Source of the DNA: an uncultured Chloroflexia bacterium
Lineage (GTDB): Bacteria > Chloroflexota > Limnocylindria > Limnocylindrales > CSP1-4
Assembly: GCA_963776545.1 (NCBI GenBank)
Contig: CAVZND010000006.1
Coordinates: 13,565 to 77,564, forward strand
Direction: 5' to 3'
Length of the DNA: 64,000 bases
Part shown: positions 1-8,485 of the stretch, in pieces
Layout: every line of letters begins with the position of its first letter
Numbering within the stretch: the first letter of the stretch is position 1
Notes under the pieces: generated by a model
What the model was told of the DNA's origin: nothing
What the model saw: only the letters and a program-made list of their open reading frames with translations
Databases searched by the model: none
Program-made: the position numbers and the translations under genes

Positions 1-251
1 GGCGACGGGGTCGGGATCGGGCGGAGGGCGCCCGGCGCGGCCGTGTCACCGGCATGCCCTCGGACCCCGCTCGGCTCGCTCCCGCCCGAGGACGAGCCCC
101 ACGGTTTCGCGACGCTCAGGCCGATGGCGAACGCGACGACGGCCACGATCGCGAGCAGCTGGGTCTGATTCCGGCGGCCCTTGCCGACCGGCTGCACGGG
201 CATCGCGACAGCCTGGTCGTCAGGCGGTGGCAGGATCTCGCCGGCAGCCAT
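1..251 (-). CDS. hypothetical membrane-anchored protein; only the N-terminal part is in the window and the gene runs off the left edge
   Basis: ATG at 251 lies 5 nt after the livF stop. The frame is GC3-rich. The N-terminus reads MAAGEILPPPDD and is followed by a hydrophobic helix LLAIVAVVAFAIGLSV. It is absent from the ORF track because the window edge truncates it. Confidence 0.45.
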   Translation of the reverse strand, partial: MAAGEILPPPDDQAVAMPVQPVGKGRRNQTQLLAIVAVVAFAIGLSVAKPWGSSSGGSEPSGVRGHAGDTAAPGALRPIPTPS

Positions 252-256
252 GGCCG

Positions 257-1015
257 TCAGATCTCGCCGAGGTAGGCCTTTCGGACGGTGTCGTTCGTGA
301 TCAGCTCCGACGCCGGACCGGACAGGAGTACCGTGCCGGTCTGCAGGACGTAGCCGCGGTGCGCCACGGTGAGCGCCTGGAGCGCGTTCTGCTCGACCAG
401 CAGGATCGTCGTGCCCTGGTCGTTGATCTCCTTGATGATCGCGAAGATCTGCTGGACAAGGATGGGCGACAGCCCCAGCGACGGTTCGTCGAGGAGCAGC
501 AGTCGCGGTCGCGACATCAGAGCGCGGGCGATGGCGAGCATCTGCTGCTCTCCGCCCGAGAGCGTGCCGCCTTGCTGACCCGTGCGTTCCCGTAGCCGCG
601 GGAAGAGCGTCATGACCCGTTCGGTGTCATCGGCGATCTCCGCGGCGGCCCGGGTGAACCCGCCCATCTGCAGGTTCTCGAGCACGGTCATCCGGGAGAA
701 GATCCGGCGCGCTTCCGGCGCGTGTCCGATGCCGTCGCGAACGAGCGTGTGGGCCGCGACCTTCGAGATGTCCCTGCCCTCGAATTCCACCTTTCCGTTG
801 CGTGGATGAAGCAGCCCGGAGATCGTCTTGAGCGTGGTCGTCTTGCCGGCACCGTTCGCGCCGATGAGCGTGACGATCTCGCCGCGCTTGACCTCGATGG
901 TCACGCCCTGGAGGGCGTGGATGTGTCCGTAATAGGTATGGACATCGTCGAGGGCGAGGATGGTGTCACCCGAACCCGACCTGTCCACGGCACCAGTCTC
1001 GACGGGGGCCGTCAT
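257..1015 (-). CDS. livF: branched-chain amino acid ABC transporter ATP-binding protein LivF
   Basis: 252 aa. Walker A GANGAGKTT, signature LSGGEQQ, Walker B LLLLDEPS. ATGA overlap with the upstream livG. Confidence 0.9.
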   Translation of the reverse strand: MTAPVETGAVDRSGSGDTILALDDVHTYYGHIHALQGVTIEVKRGEIVTLIGANGAGKTTTLKTISGLLHPRNGKVEFEGRDISKVAAHTLVRDGIGHAPEARRIFSRMTVLENLQMGGFTRAAAEIADDTERVMTLFPRLRERTGQQGGTLSGGEQQMLAIARALMSRPRLLLLDEPSLGLSPILVQQIFAIIKEINDQGTTILLVEQNALQALTVAHRGYVLQTGTVLLSGPASELITNDTVRKAYLGEI

Positions 1016-2022
1016 CCTGCCGGTGCCCCGAGGTAGGCCTCGATGACCTTGGGGTCGCGGCGGACGTCCTCCGGCGTCCCTTCCGCGATCTTCTCGCCGT
1101 GGTCGAGAACGGTGACCCGATCGCTGACACCCATGACCACCTTCATGTCGTGCTCGATCAGGAGGACGGTCAATCCGAGCTCGCGTCGGAGTTTGTTGAT
1201 GAGGATCATCATCTCCGCGGTCTCATTCGGGTTCATGCCGGCGGTCGGCTCATCGAGCAGCAACAAGGCCGGATCGCTCGCGAGGGCCCGGGCGACCTCG
1301 AGCCGCCGCTGATCGCCGTAGGGCAGGTTCTTGGCGAGGTCTTCGCCGCGTCCGGTCAGGCCGACCAGCGTCAGCAGCTCCTCGGCTCGCTGGCGGGAGC
1401 TCACTTCCTCGCGACGGATCTTGGGCGTCGACAGCAGGGCGTCGACGAGGTTGGCCTTGAGCTTCGTGTGCATCCCCACGAGGACATTCTCGAGGGCGGT
1501 CATGTTCTGGAAGAGGCGGATGTTCTGGAACGTCCGCCCGAGGCCGGCCTCGACCATGTCGTTCGGACGGGCGCTCCGGAAGATCCCGAGCCGGTTGAGC
1601 AACCGGGTGTACCGGGCGGGTCGCGCGACCGCGGCAAGCAGCATGAGCGTCATGGCGGCCAGGGTGAGGACGCCTCCGACGACGCCGACCAATTCCGTGT
1701 TGGTCACGAGGAAGGCGATGAATGTGAGCACGAGGACGACGACCGCCGGGATGAACCAGACGAACGGCTCGAGATAGCTCCGGACCGAGTGGGCGATCAT
1801 CTTGCGTCCCGCGACCTGCACCGAGCCGGCTGTCGGATCGTAGATGCCGGCGATGATGTTGAAGAACGTTGTCTTGCCCGCCCCGTTCGGCCCGATGAGG
1901 CTGACGATCGAGCCGCGCGGGATGTCGAAGCTGATGTCGTTGATGGCCAGCAGGCCACCGAACCGCTTCGTGATGTGGTCGGCGTTGAGCAGGATGTCCC
2001 CCTGCTGGGCGGTGGCGGTCAT
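1012..2022 (-). CDS. livG: branched-chain amino acid ABC transporter ATP-binding protein LivG, with a ~75-aa insertion containing two hydrophobic helices
   Basis: 336 aa. Walker A GPNGAGKTT, Q-loop region RTFQNIRLF, Walker B LLLLDEPTAG. Between Walker A and the Q-loop sit PFVWFIPAVVVLVLTFIAFLV and VGVVGGVLTLAAMTLMLLAAVA. Confidence 0.85.
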   Translation of the reverse strand: MTATAQQGDILLNADHITKRFGGLLAINDISFDIPRGSIVSLIGPNGAGKTTFFNIIAGIYDPTAGSVQVAGRKMIAHSVRSYLEPFVWFIPAVVVLVLTFIAFLVTNTELVGVVGGVLTLAAMTLMLLAAVARPARYTRLLNRLGIFRSARPNDMVEAGLGRTFQNIRLFQNMTALENVLVGMHTKLKANLVDALLSTPKIRREEVSSRQRAEELLTLVGLTGRGEDLAKNLPYGDQRRLEVARALASDPALLLLDEPTAGMNPNETAEMMILINKLRRELGLTVLLIEHDMKVVMGVSDRVTVLDHGEKIAEGTPEDVRRDPKVIEAYLGAPAG

Positions 2023-3164
2023 CGGTCTGCCTCGCTGAGCTCGACGTCGGCCGCGACCGCATCCGGTCCGAGGTCCTCGGCCGCGTGCAGCTCGCGCCGC
2101 CGACGTCTCGACGGGAAGAGCCCCTCGGGTCGGAACAGCATCATGAACACCAGGGCCAGGCCGTACAGCAGGAACTGGTACTGGACGAAGTTGATGTCCT
2201 TCAGGATCGGCACGCCGACCGCGGCGAAGAAGGCGTTCAGCTGTTTCAGGAAGACCACCTGGATGGTGTAGATCACGAAGGCGCCGAGCGCCACGCCCCA
2301 GATGTTGCCCAGGCCACCGAGCACGATCATCGCGAGGATCGAGAACGAGACGTTCGAGCCGAACTGGTCCGGGCTGACGAGGGTCAGCTTGGAGGCGTTG
2401 AAGACGCCGGCGAGTCCGGCCGTCGATGCGCCGAGGGCGAACGCGAGCAGCTTGGTCGTGACCGTGTTGAGGCCGCTCGCCGCGGCCGCGAGCTCGTCCT
2501 CACGGATCGCCATCCACGACCGCCCGATCCGGGAATCCTGGAGCCGGTAGATGAGCATCATCGTGATCGTGATGATCACGGCCATCAGTATGTAGAACGG
2601 CCAGGGATTCAGGAGCGAGAACTCCACGAACGGCAGTTCCGGCTTGTAGAGACCGCCGATGCCGTTGGTGCCTTCCGTGTACTCCTCGGCGTTAAGGAAC
2701 ACGATGGGGACGATCTCGCCGAAGCCGAGGGTCACGATCGCGAGGTAGTCGCCCCGGAGTCGCAGCGTCGGTGCCCCGAGCAGCACGCCGAACGAGGCGG
2801 CGACCAGCGCACCGATGATCAGCATCAACAGGAACGGAGCGTGCTGGCCCGAGTAGGGCGAGGCGCCGTAGGCGTAGGTGTACGCGCCGATCGCGAAGAA
2901 CGCGGCGTAGCCGAGGTCGAGCAGGCCGGCCATGCCGACCACGATGTTGAGGCCCAGCGCCAGCAGGACGAAGACCCCCGCATTCGAGAAGCCAAAGAGC
3001 CAGACGTCCTGCTTCTGGAACGCGTTGAACGGCGGCAACAGTGCCAGGATCGGCAGGATCGCGGTCACCGCGATCATCACGATCAGGATCGTCAGGGACC
3101 GGTGGTTGTCGGTGAAGGCGCCGACCCGCTGGCGCCAGGGAGTCGGCATCTGTCGGGCGGTCAT
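2019..3164 (-). CDS. livM: branched-chain amino acid ABC transporter permease LivM
   Basis: 381 aa polytopic membrane protein of LivM type. 4-nt overlaps with livG and livH. Confidence 0.85.
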   Translation of the reverse strand: MTARQMPTPWRQRVGAFTDNHRSLTILIVMIAVTAILPILALLPPFNAFQKQDVWLFGFSNAGVFVLLALGLNIVVGMAGLLDLGYAAFFAIGAYTYAYGASPYSGQHAPFLLMLIIGALVAASFGVLLGAPTLRLRGDYLAIVTLGFGEIVPIVFLNAEEYTEGTNGIGGLYKPELPFVEFSLLNPWPFYILMAVIITITMMLIYRLQDSRIGRSWMAIREDELAAAASGLNTVTTKLLAFALGASTAGLAGVFNASKLTLVSPDQFGSNVSFSILAMIVLGGLGNIWGVALGAFVIYTIQVVFLKQLNAFFAAVGVPILKDINFVQYQFLLYGLALVFMMLFRPEGLFPSRRRRRELHAAEDLGPDAVAADVELSEADR

Positions 3165-4237
3165 GCTCGTTCACCGATCTGCTGGCCGAGGATGCCTGCG
3201 GGCCGGAACACGAGGACGAGGATCAGCACGACGAACACGATGGCCTGCGACCAGCGCTGTTGCCCGTTGGCCGCCGCAAAGACCTCGACGAACGCGATCA
3301 GGAAACCGCCGAGCACGGCGCCGGCCAGGTTGCCGATGCCGCCGAGGACGGCGGCCGTGAACGCCTTCAGCCCGGCGTTGAAGCCGAGGTCGAACCGGAC
3401 GAAGCCGAAGTACTGCCCCTGGAAGACGCCGGCCGCGCCGGCCAGCGCGCCGCCGATCAGGAACGTCATCGCGATCGTCTGGTTCAGGTCCACGCCCATC
3501 AGCTGGGCGGCCTGCTGGTCCTGGGCCGTCGCCCGCATGGCCCGTCCCAGTCGCGTCCGGCCGACGAACAGCTGGAGCACGTACATCAGGATCAGCGCCA
3601 CGACCACGATGAAGATGTTCAGGACACCGACGTTGGCACCGAAGATCCCGACCTTGGTCGGCGGGAAGAGCTGCGGAACCAGGCGATCGCCCGTGCCGAC
3701 GATGATCTGCATGACGTTCTGCAGGATCAGCGAGACGCCGATGGCCGTGATGAGCGGCGCCACCCTCGGCGCGTGGCGGAGCGGTCGATAGGCGAAACGC
3801 TCGATCGTGACGTTGATCAGCCCCATGACCGTCATCCCGAAGAGGAACGCCGCGACCATGACGAGCCCCAGCACGAGCGGTTCCTCGATCGGGCCCCTCA
3901 GGTGCAGGCCCAGGAAGTCGAGGGGCTCGGGGAACGAGGAGAGGAAGAACAGCGACATGAACGTGCCGACCATGAACAAGTCGCCATGGGCGAAGTTGAT
4001 CAGCTCGATGATGCCGTAGACCATCGTGTAGCCGAGGGCGACGAGCGCGTAGATCGCGCCGAGGGTGAGGGCATTGGCGACCTGCTGGGCCGCGACGGGC
4101 CCTCCGCCCGTGACCATCGCGCTCAGGACGAGGTAATAGAGGACGATCCCGCCCAATGAGAAGACGACAAGCTTGAGGCGTGGGTCGAATCGACCCCGAT
4201 CACTCGGGCTCCCTGGTCGAGTCGCAGTAGCCGTCAC
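3161..4237 (-). CDS. livH: branched-chain amino acid ABC transporter permease LivH
   Basis: 358 aa, LivH-like (GYTMVYGIIELINFAHGD motif region), polytopic. Confidence 0.85.
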   Translation of the reverse strand: MTATATRPGSPSDRGRFDPRLKLVVFSLGGIVLYYLVLSAMVTGGGPVAAQQVANALTLGAIYALVALGYTMVYGIIELINFAHGDLFMVGTFMSLFFLSSFPEPLDFLGLHLRGPIEEPLVLGLVMVAAFLFGMTVMGLINVTIERFAYRPLRHAPRVAPLITAIGVSLILQNVMQIIVGTGDRLVPQLFPPTKVGIFGANVGVLNIFIVVVALILMYVLQLFVGRTRLGRAMRATAQDQQAAQLMGVDLNQTIAMTFLIGGALAGAAGVFQGQYFGFVRFDLGFNAGLKAFTAAVLGGIGNLAGAVLGGFLIAFVEVFAAANGQQRWSQAIVFVVLILVLVFRPAGILGQQIGERA

Positions 4238-4320
4238 GGTCGATCTCTCCCTAACCCGAAACCGCCAAGCCGGTGTGACGCGTTCGCTGGGGGGCGCTAG
4301 GGACGCTGGTGCAGGAAATA

Positions 4321-4348
4321 GGCCGGGGATCCACGCGGATCCCCGGCC
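4321..4348 (-). terminator. perfect GC-rich stem-loop between the binding-protein gene and livH (partial terminator or mRNA stabiliser)
   Basis: GGCCGGGGATCC-ACGC-GGATCCCCGGCC, a 12-bp perfect stem. On the minus strand it is followed by TATTTCC. It sits 24 nt after the stop of the 4372-5679 gene. Confidence 0.45.
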
Positions 4349-4371
4349 TTCAAGTTCGGTCGATCAGGACC

Positions 4372-5679
4372 TTACTTGGCGAAGTCGAGCTGGGACTTGA
4401 AGACCCAGTCCTTGAGCGTGGCGTCGTAGCCATAGAACGAGATGATCTTCTGGCTCGTGTCGCCGTTCGCGTCGAAGACGAACTCACCGATCACGCTCGT
4501 GTACTTGGCGGCCGGATCGACCGCAGCCACGCGAACGTTCTCCTTGAGGGTCTTCATGTCGGTTGCCGCGGCCGCCCGGTTGAGGGCGTCGAGGACGACC
4601 TGCGCGCAGGCGTAGCCCGTCGCGCTGTAGCCGGTCGGGTCCGTGTTGTACTCGGCCTTGAACCGCGCCGCGAATTCCGCACGGCCGGGGAAGTCGCCGA
4701 CGGCGGCCGCGGTGGCGTACGCATTCTTGGCGTCGTCGCCGGCCAGGTTGAGGAACGAATCCTTCGTCTTGTTCGAGCCGTCGTAGATGCCGTCCGGTCC
4801 GATGAAGGGGATGTCCGCCATACCGGCCGCAACGGCCGCCTTGAGGATCCGCGCGCCGCCGTCGGCCGTCACGCCACCGAAGTAGATGGCCTCAGGCTTC
4901 TTGGCTGCCGCGGCAGTCATGAGCGAGCTGTAGTCCGAGGTGCCCTTCGGGGCGCCGTCGCGAGCGACGGTCGTGCCGCCGTTGGCTTCCAGGTACTTCT
5001 GGAAGTTGTCGGCGATGCCCTTACCGAAGGTGTCGGTGCTGTCGATGATGTAGACGCTCTTCTTGGCGAGCGTCTCGAGGATGAACTTGGCGGCCGCAGG
5101 ACCCTGGTTGTCGTCGGTGGTGACGACCCGGACGTAGTTGATCTTCGTCGGGTTGGCCTTGCGGATGTCGAGCGCCCCGAACTCGGGCTTGGTCAAGCCT
5201 TCGTTCGTGTTCGCCGGGCTGCACTGCAGGAGGCCGGCCTCGTTGCTGATCGGGATCTGGACCTTCGCCACGCTCGAGTTGAGCGGGCCGATGACCGCGA
5301 CCACATTGTCGAGACCGACGATATTGCTCATGTTCTGCGCGCCGGTCTGCGGGTCATGGACCCCGTCCTTCGCGTCGTCGAAGATGACGCTCGTCGGGAT
5401 GTCGATCTTGTAGCCGCCGGCCGCGCCGCCCGCTTCCTTGATCGCGAGCTTGATGCCGTTGATGATCGGGTCAGACGCCGCCTTCTCGCTGCCCTGCTGC
5501 GGGAGCTCGATGGCGATGTTGACGGTGCCCTTGCTCGTGTCGCCGGGTGTCGCGGCGGGCGCGGCACTCGTGCCGGCGCTGGCGGCGGCACTCGGGGCCG
5601 AGCTGGTCCCGCTGCTGCTGCACGCAGCGAACGCGAGGATGCTGATGGCCGCGAGCGCAGCGACCTTGTGTAGTCTCAT
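4372..5679 (-). CDS. branched-chain amino acid ABC transporter substrate-binding lipoprotein (LivK/LivJ family)
   Basis: Internal ATG at 5679 is preceded by GGAGG. Lipoprotein signal MRLHKVAALAAISILAFAAC. Type-I periplasmic binding fold sequence follows. The 646-aa track ORF is an upstream shadow extension. Confidence 0.85.
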   Translation of the reverse strand: MRLHKVAALAAISILAFAACSSSGTSSAPSAAASAGTSAAPAATPGDTSKGTVNIAIELPQQGSEKAASDPIINGIKLAIKEAGGAAGGYKIDIPTSVIFDDAKDGVHDPQTGAQNMSNIVGLDNVVAVIGPLNSSVAKVQIPISNEAGLLQCSPANTNEGLTKPEFGALDIRKANPTKINYVRVVTTDDNQGPAAAKFILETLAKKSVYIIDSTDTFGKGIADNFQKYLEANGGTTVARDGAPKGTSDYSSLMTAAAAKKPEAIYFGGVTADGGARILKAAVAAGMADIPFIGPDGIYDGSNKTKDSFLNLAGDDAKNAYATAAAVGDFPGRAEFAARFKAEYNTDPTGYSATGYACAQVVLDALNRAAAATDMKTLKENVRVAAVDPAAKYTSVIGEFVFDANGDTSQKIISFYGYDATLKDWVFKSQLDFAK

Positions 5680-5877
5680 CCAGTAACTCCTCCATATCAC
5701 CGGTCGAAACCACCTGGCCGGCGTCCCGGACGAAGCGTCGCGCCCGCACCCGTTGCCTTGGACCGTCAGGCGAAACCTTGTTCGGGTCTCGACCGTGCCC
5801 GGTATCGGGTCAGTGCGGATGGTGGCGACAAGCCCCTCGTCCGGGCGGCGCGCAGGTGGCCGCCGAAGCGATGCCGT

Positions 5878-5905
5878 ATCATAGCCGCCGGCGAACCGAT
5901 TGCAA
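5878..5905 (-). promoter_or_regulatory. candidate sigma70-type promoter for the liv operon (TTGCAA-N16-TATGAT)
   Basis: On the minus strand, TTGCAA is at 5905-5900 and TATGAT at 5883-5878. This would give a ~190-nt leader before the ATG at 5679. Confidence 0.3.
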
Positions 5906-6048
5906 TACCGGTCGGCCGCACCCGTCAGCCCGTCGCGAGCGCCCATCGCTCGCCGCCGACGAGGGGAGCGCGAGCCCGGTACGACCCCAGGGTCGAGTCC
6001 CCGGTCGGGGGCGAACGGTCGCCGGCCCTGCGAGGTGCACCGTTCGGC

Positions 6049-6510
6049 GTGGAATACCTGGTCCGAGCAGCCCGTGTCACGGACATCGATCGGCTCGTCG
6101 CCTTGAGTGACGGGTCGCTTGGTGCGGCTGACGGGAGCCCGCTCGGGGCCGCGGACCTGATGCGCCAGTTGGTCTACCTGCCGCAGGCGAGCATCATCGT
6201 CGCGGAAACGCGGCGGACGGTCGTGGGTGGGGCGGTCCTCGCCCTCCGGCCGTCGGTCAGCTCCGGTGGCTACGTCGGGACGATCGACCTCCTGGTCATC
6301 GACCCCGACCACGATCCGGATCGGCTCACCGAGGCCCTCGTCGAGGAGTGCCTCCGGTCGGCCAGCAACAAGGGCTGCACCGTCGTCGAGACGGCGCGGC
6401 CGAATGACAAGGCGGCCCGGGCACGCCTCGAAGCGATGGGCTTCGGCGAGGCCGGACCGCGACTACAACACACCGTGGCAGCGGCGGGAACCGCCGCGCG
6501 CCGCGCGTGA
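6049..6510 (+). CDS. GNAT family N-acetyltransferase
   Basis: The C-terminal ~150 aa of track ORF 5758-6510 looks GNAT-like (IIVAETRRTVVGGAVLALRP, LLVIDPDHD, ARLEAMGF). The in-frame GTG at 6049 is taken as the start, but the start is uncertain. Confidence 0.6.
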   Translation: MEYLVRAARVTDIDRLVALSDGSLGAADGSPLGAADLMRQLVYLPQASIIVAETRRTVVGGAVLALRPSVSSGGYVGTIDLLVIDPDHDPDRLTEALVEECLRSASNKGCTVVETARPNDKAARARLEAMGFGEAGPRLQHTVAAAGTAARRA

Positions 6511-6575
6511 CGACCGCACCCGCCGTGCAGCGTGATCGCGCCGGCGGGGCGGACCGATAGACCCAAGGAGTCAAT

Positions 6576-8477
6576 GTGGGAAAGAACGTCGCCGTCTTCG
6601 TGGACGTGGCGAACATCTTTTATGCGGCCAAGGCGGCCGGAGTGGACATCGATTACGTCACGCTCCTGAAATCGGCCTCCGCCGGCCGCGATCTCGTGCG
6701 GGCCTACGCCTACACGGGCCTGGACCCGGACAACGAGAACCAGCGCAACTTCCATGACTTCCTGCGCCGGAGCAACTACAAGGTCGTCAGCAAGGACATC
6801 CGCAAGTACGGCGACGGGAAGGTCAAGGCGAACCTCGACATCGAACTCGTGGTCGACATGATGAAGACCGCGAGGAACCTCGATATCGCCATCGTCGTGT
6901 CCGGCGACGGCGACTTCGCGCCCGCGATCCGGGCGGTCCAGGAACAGGGCGTCCGGGTCGAGGTCATCAGCTTCCGTGGCAACACGAGCTCCGACCTCAT
7001 CGAGGTGGCCGACCAGTTCACCGACATCGTCCAGCTCGCCCGGGTCGAGAAGGGCTCGCGCTCGGGACGGCGAGTCTCCGAGGACGATGCCGATCTCTCG
7101 ATGACCGAGGTGCCCGACAAGCAGACCGAAGGTGCCGGCGGGAGTCGTGGCCGGGGTCGCGGCCGGGGCCGCGGGCGAGCCGGCGAGGCCGAACCCGTCG
7201 TCGCTACCGCCAGCCGTAGCCGTGGCCGAGGTCGTCCGACCGCTGCGAGTGCCAGCCCAGCGGCGGCCGGTGCCGCCGCGGCTGGAGGCATCGTGGCGCT
7301 GCCCGGCGAGCGACTCTCCAAGGCGCCCGGGACGCTGTCCGAAGCGGACCTGGCGGCCGCCGAGGTCTTCACCCTCGACGACGACATCGAGGGCTCCGAC
7401 GAGGCCGCGCCCGGCACCGCCGCCGCGACCGGTGTGGAGGGTGACGACGCGACCCGTCGACGACGCCGACGCGGTGGCCGTGGCCGCGGCCGTGGTCGCG
7501 GCCGAGGTGAGGGCGAGCCCGTGCCGCAGAGCGGCGGCAACGGAACCGGCAGCCGGCCAGCGCCGGTCCTCGAGGACGTCGACGTCGACGACGACGACCT
7601 CGAGGAGGCCGCCGCGGCGCCCAAGGCTCCGCGCGCCAACCCGTTCGGTTCGGTCTGGGATTCGCAGCTTGGCACGCCGACCTCGGCGCCGGCCTCCGCC
7701 AACCTCGCGCCCCTGACCGACGACGATGACCTCGACGAACCGGAGATCCCCGAATACCTGATCGCGGAACAGCGCCGCGGGCCGAATCTCCGCAGCGGCC
7801 AGGGTGGCAACCGTGGACCGCGCGGTGGACGCGCCGCCTATCAGTCGGCCATCGCGCGCGAGCGCTACGGCCGCGGCGGCGGCGGCGGGATCAACCGCTA
7901 TCCGGACGTGAGCGCCCGAACGGCTGCGCCCCGCGAGGAGCGTCCGTACGGCGGCGATCGCCAGGGCCAGGGCGACCGGCACGACCGCGTCGACCGGACG
8001 CCGGCGCCGAGGCGCGGGTCCGGGGAGTGGAGCGAGGTCCCGCCCGAGCTCGAGGCGCAGTTGCGCGCCCAGCTCGCCAGCAAGCCGTCCGCTCCGACGC
8101 CGTCGCCGGAGTCCGTGACCACCCACCCGGAGCCCGTCGCCGCAGCGGCCGCGGAGCCCGCTGCCGAGTCCGCCGCGTCGACCGCCCCCAAGCGTCGCGC
8201 GCCAAGCAAGTCCGGTGCCACGGCGACGAAGGCCAAGGCCTCGTCGGCGAAGACATCGACCGGCGCGAAGCCCGCCGCGTCGAAGAGCCGCACGGCCGGC
8301 AAGGCGGCGACGACCGCCGCCGATGTCGATGCTGTCGACGCGGCAGCTCCCAAGGCCGCTCCCAAGAGCCGCACGCCCCGGAAGACGTCGACGACCGCCG
8401 CGACGTCCGATGGCGACGCGGCAGCTCCCAAGGCCGCTCCGAAGCGACGCGCGACCGCCAAGCCCGCCGCCGACTGA
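6576..8477 (+). CDS. NYN (LabA/DUF88-like, PIN-related) domain protein with a long RG/RGG-, acidic- and AKP-rich disordered C-terminal tail
   Basis: GTG start with AAGGAG 6 nt upstream. The N-terminal ~165 aa reads VAVFVDVANIFY...IAIVVSGDGDFAPAI...VEVISF, typical of NYN. The remainder is low complexity (GRGRGRGRGR, RRRRRRGGRGRGRGRGRG, DDDDLEE, AAPKAAPK). Confidence 0.8.
   Translation: MGKNVAVFVDVANIFYAAKAAGVDIDYVTLLKSASAGRDLVRAYAYTGLDPDNENQRNFHDFLRRSNYKVVSKDIRKYGDGKVKANLDIELVVDMMKTARNLDIAIVVSGDGDFAPAIRAVQEQGVRVEVISFRGNTSSDLIEVADQFTDIVQLARVEKGSRSGRRVSEDDADLSMTEVPDKQTEGAGGSRGRGRGRGRGRAGEAEPVVATASRSRGRGRPTAASASPAAAGAAAAGGIVALPGERLSKAPGTLSEADLAAAEVFTLDDDIEGSDEAAPGTAAATGVEGDDATRRRRRRGGRGRGRGRGRGEGEPVPQSGGNGTGSRPAPVLEDVDVDDDDLEEAAAAPKAPRANPFGSVWDSQLGTPTSAPASANLAPLTDDDDLDEPEIPEYLIAEQRRGPNLRSGQGGNRGPRGGRAAYQSAIARERYGRGGGGGINRYPDVSARTAAPREERPYGGDRQGQGDRHDRVDRTPAPRRGSGEWSEVPPELEAQLRAQLASKPSAPTPSPESVTTHPEPVAAAAAEPAAESAASTAPKRRAPSKSGATATKAKASSAKTSTGAKPAASKSRTAGKAATTAADVDAVDAAAPKAAPKSRTPRKTSTTAATSDGDAAAPKAAPKRRATAKPAAD
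8337..8440 (+). repeat. in-frame direct duplication in the NYN-protein tail
   Basis: An identical 26-nt block GACGCGGCAGCTCCCAAGGCCGCTCC occurs at 8337-8362 and 8415-8440. The 78-nt (26-codon) period encodes DAAAPKAAPK twice. Confidence 0.85.
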
Positions 8478-8485
8478 GCCTCGCG

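Noticed and set aside
4372-6312. The 646-aa version of the binding-protein ORF and the 250-aa version of the GNAT ORF (5758-6510).
   Set aside because: The binding protein has a textbook lipoprotein signal and GGAGG at the internal ATG at 5679. The upstream extensions are low-complexity shadow sequence that overlap each other in the divergent intergenic region.
7130-7520. Repetitive GGCCGCGGCCGTGGTCGC-type DNA that might suggest a tandem repeat or CRISPR-like array.
   Set aside because: It is in-frame coding for Arg-Gly repeats of the NYN-protein tail. There is no repeat-spacer periodicity and no cas genes.
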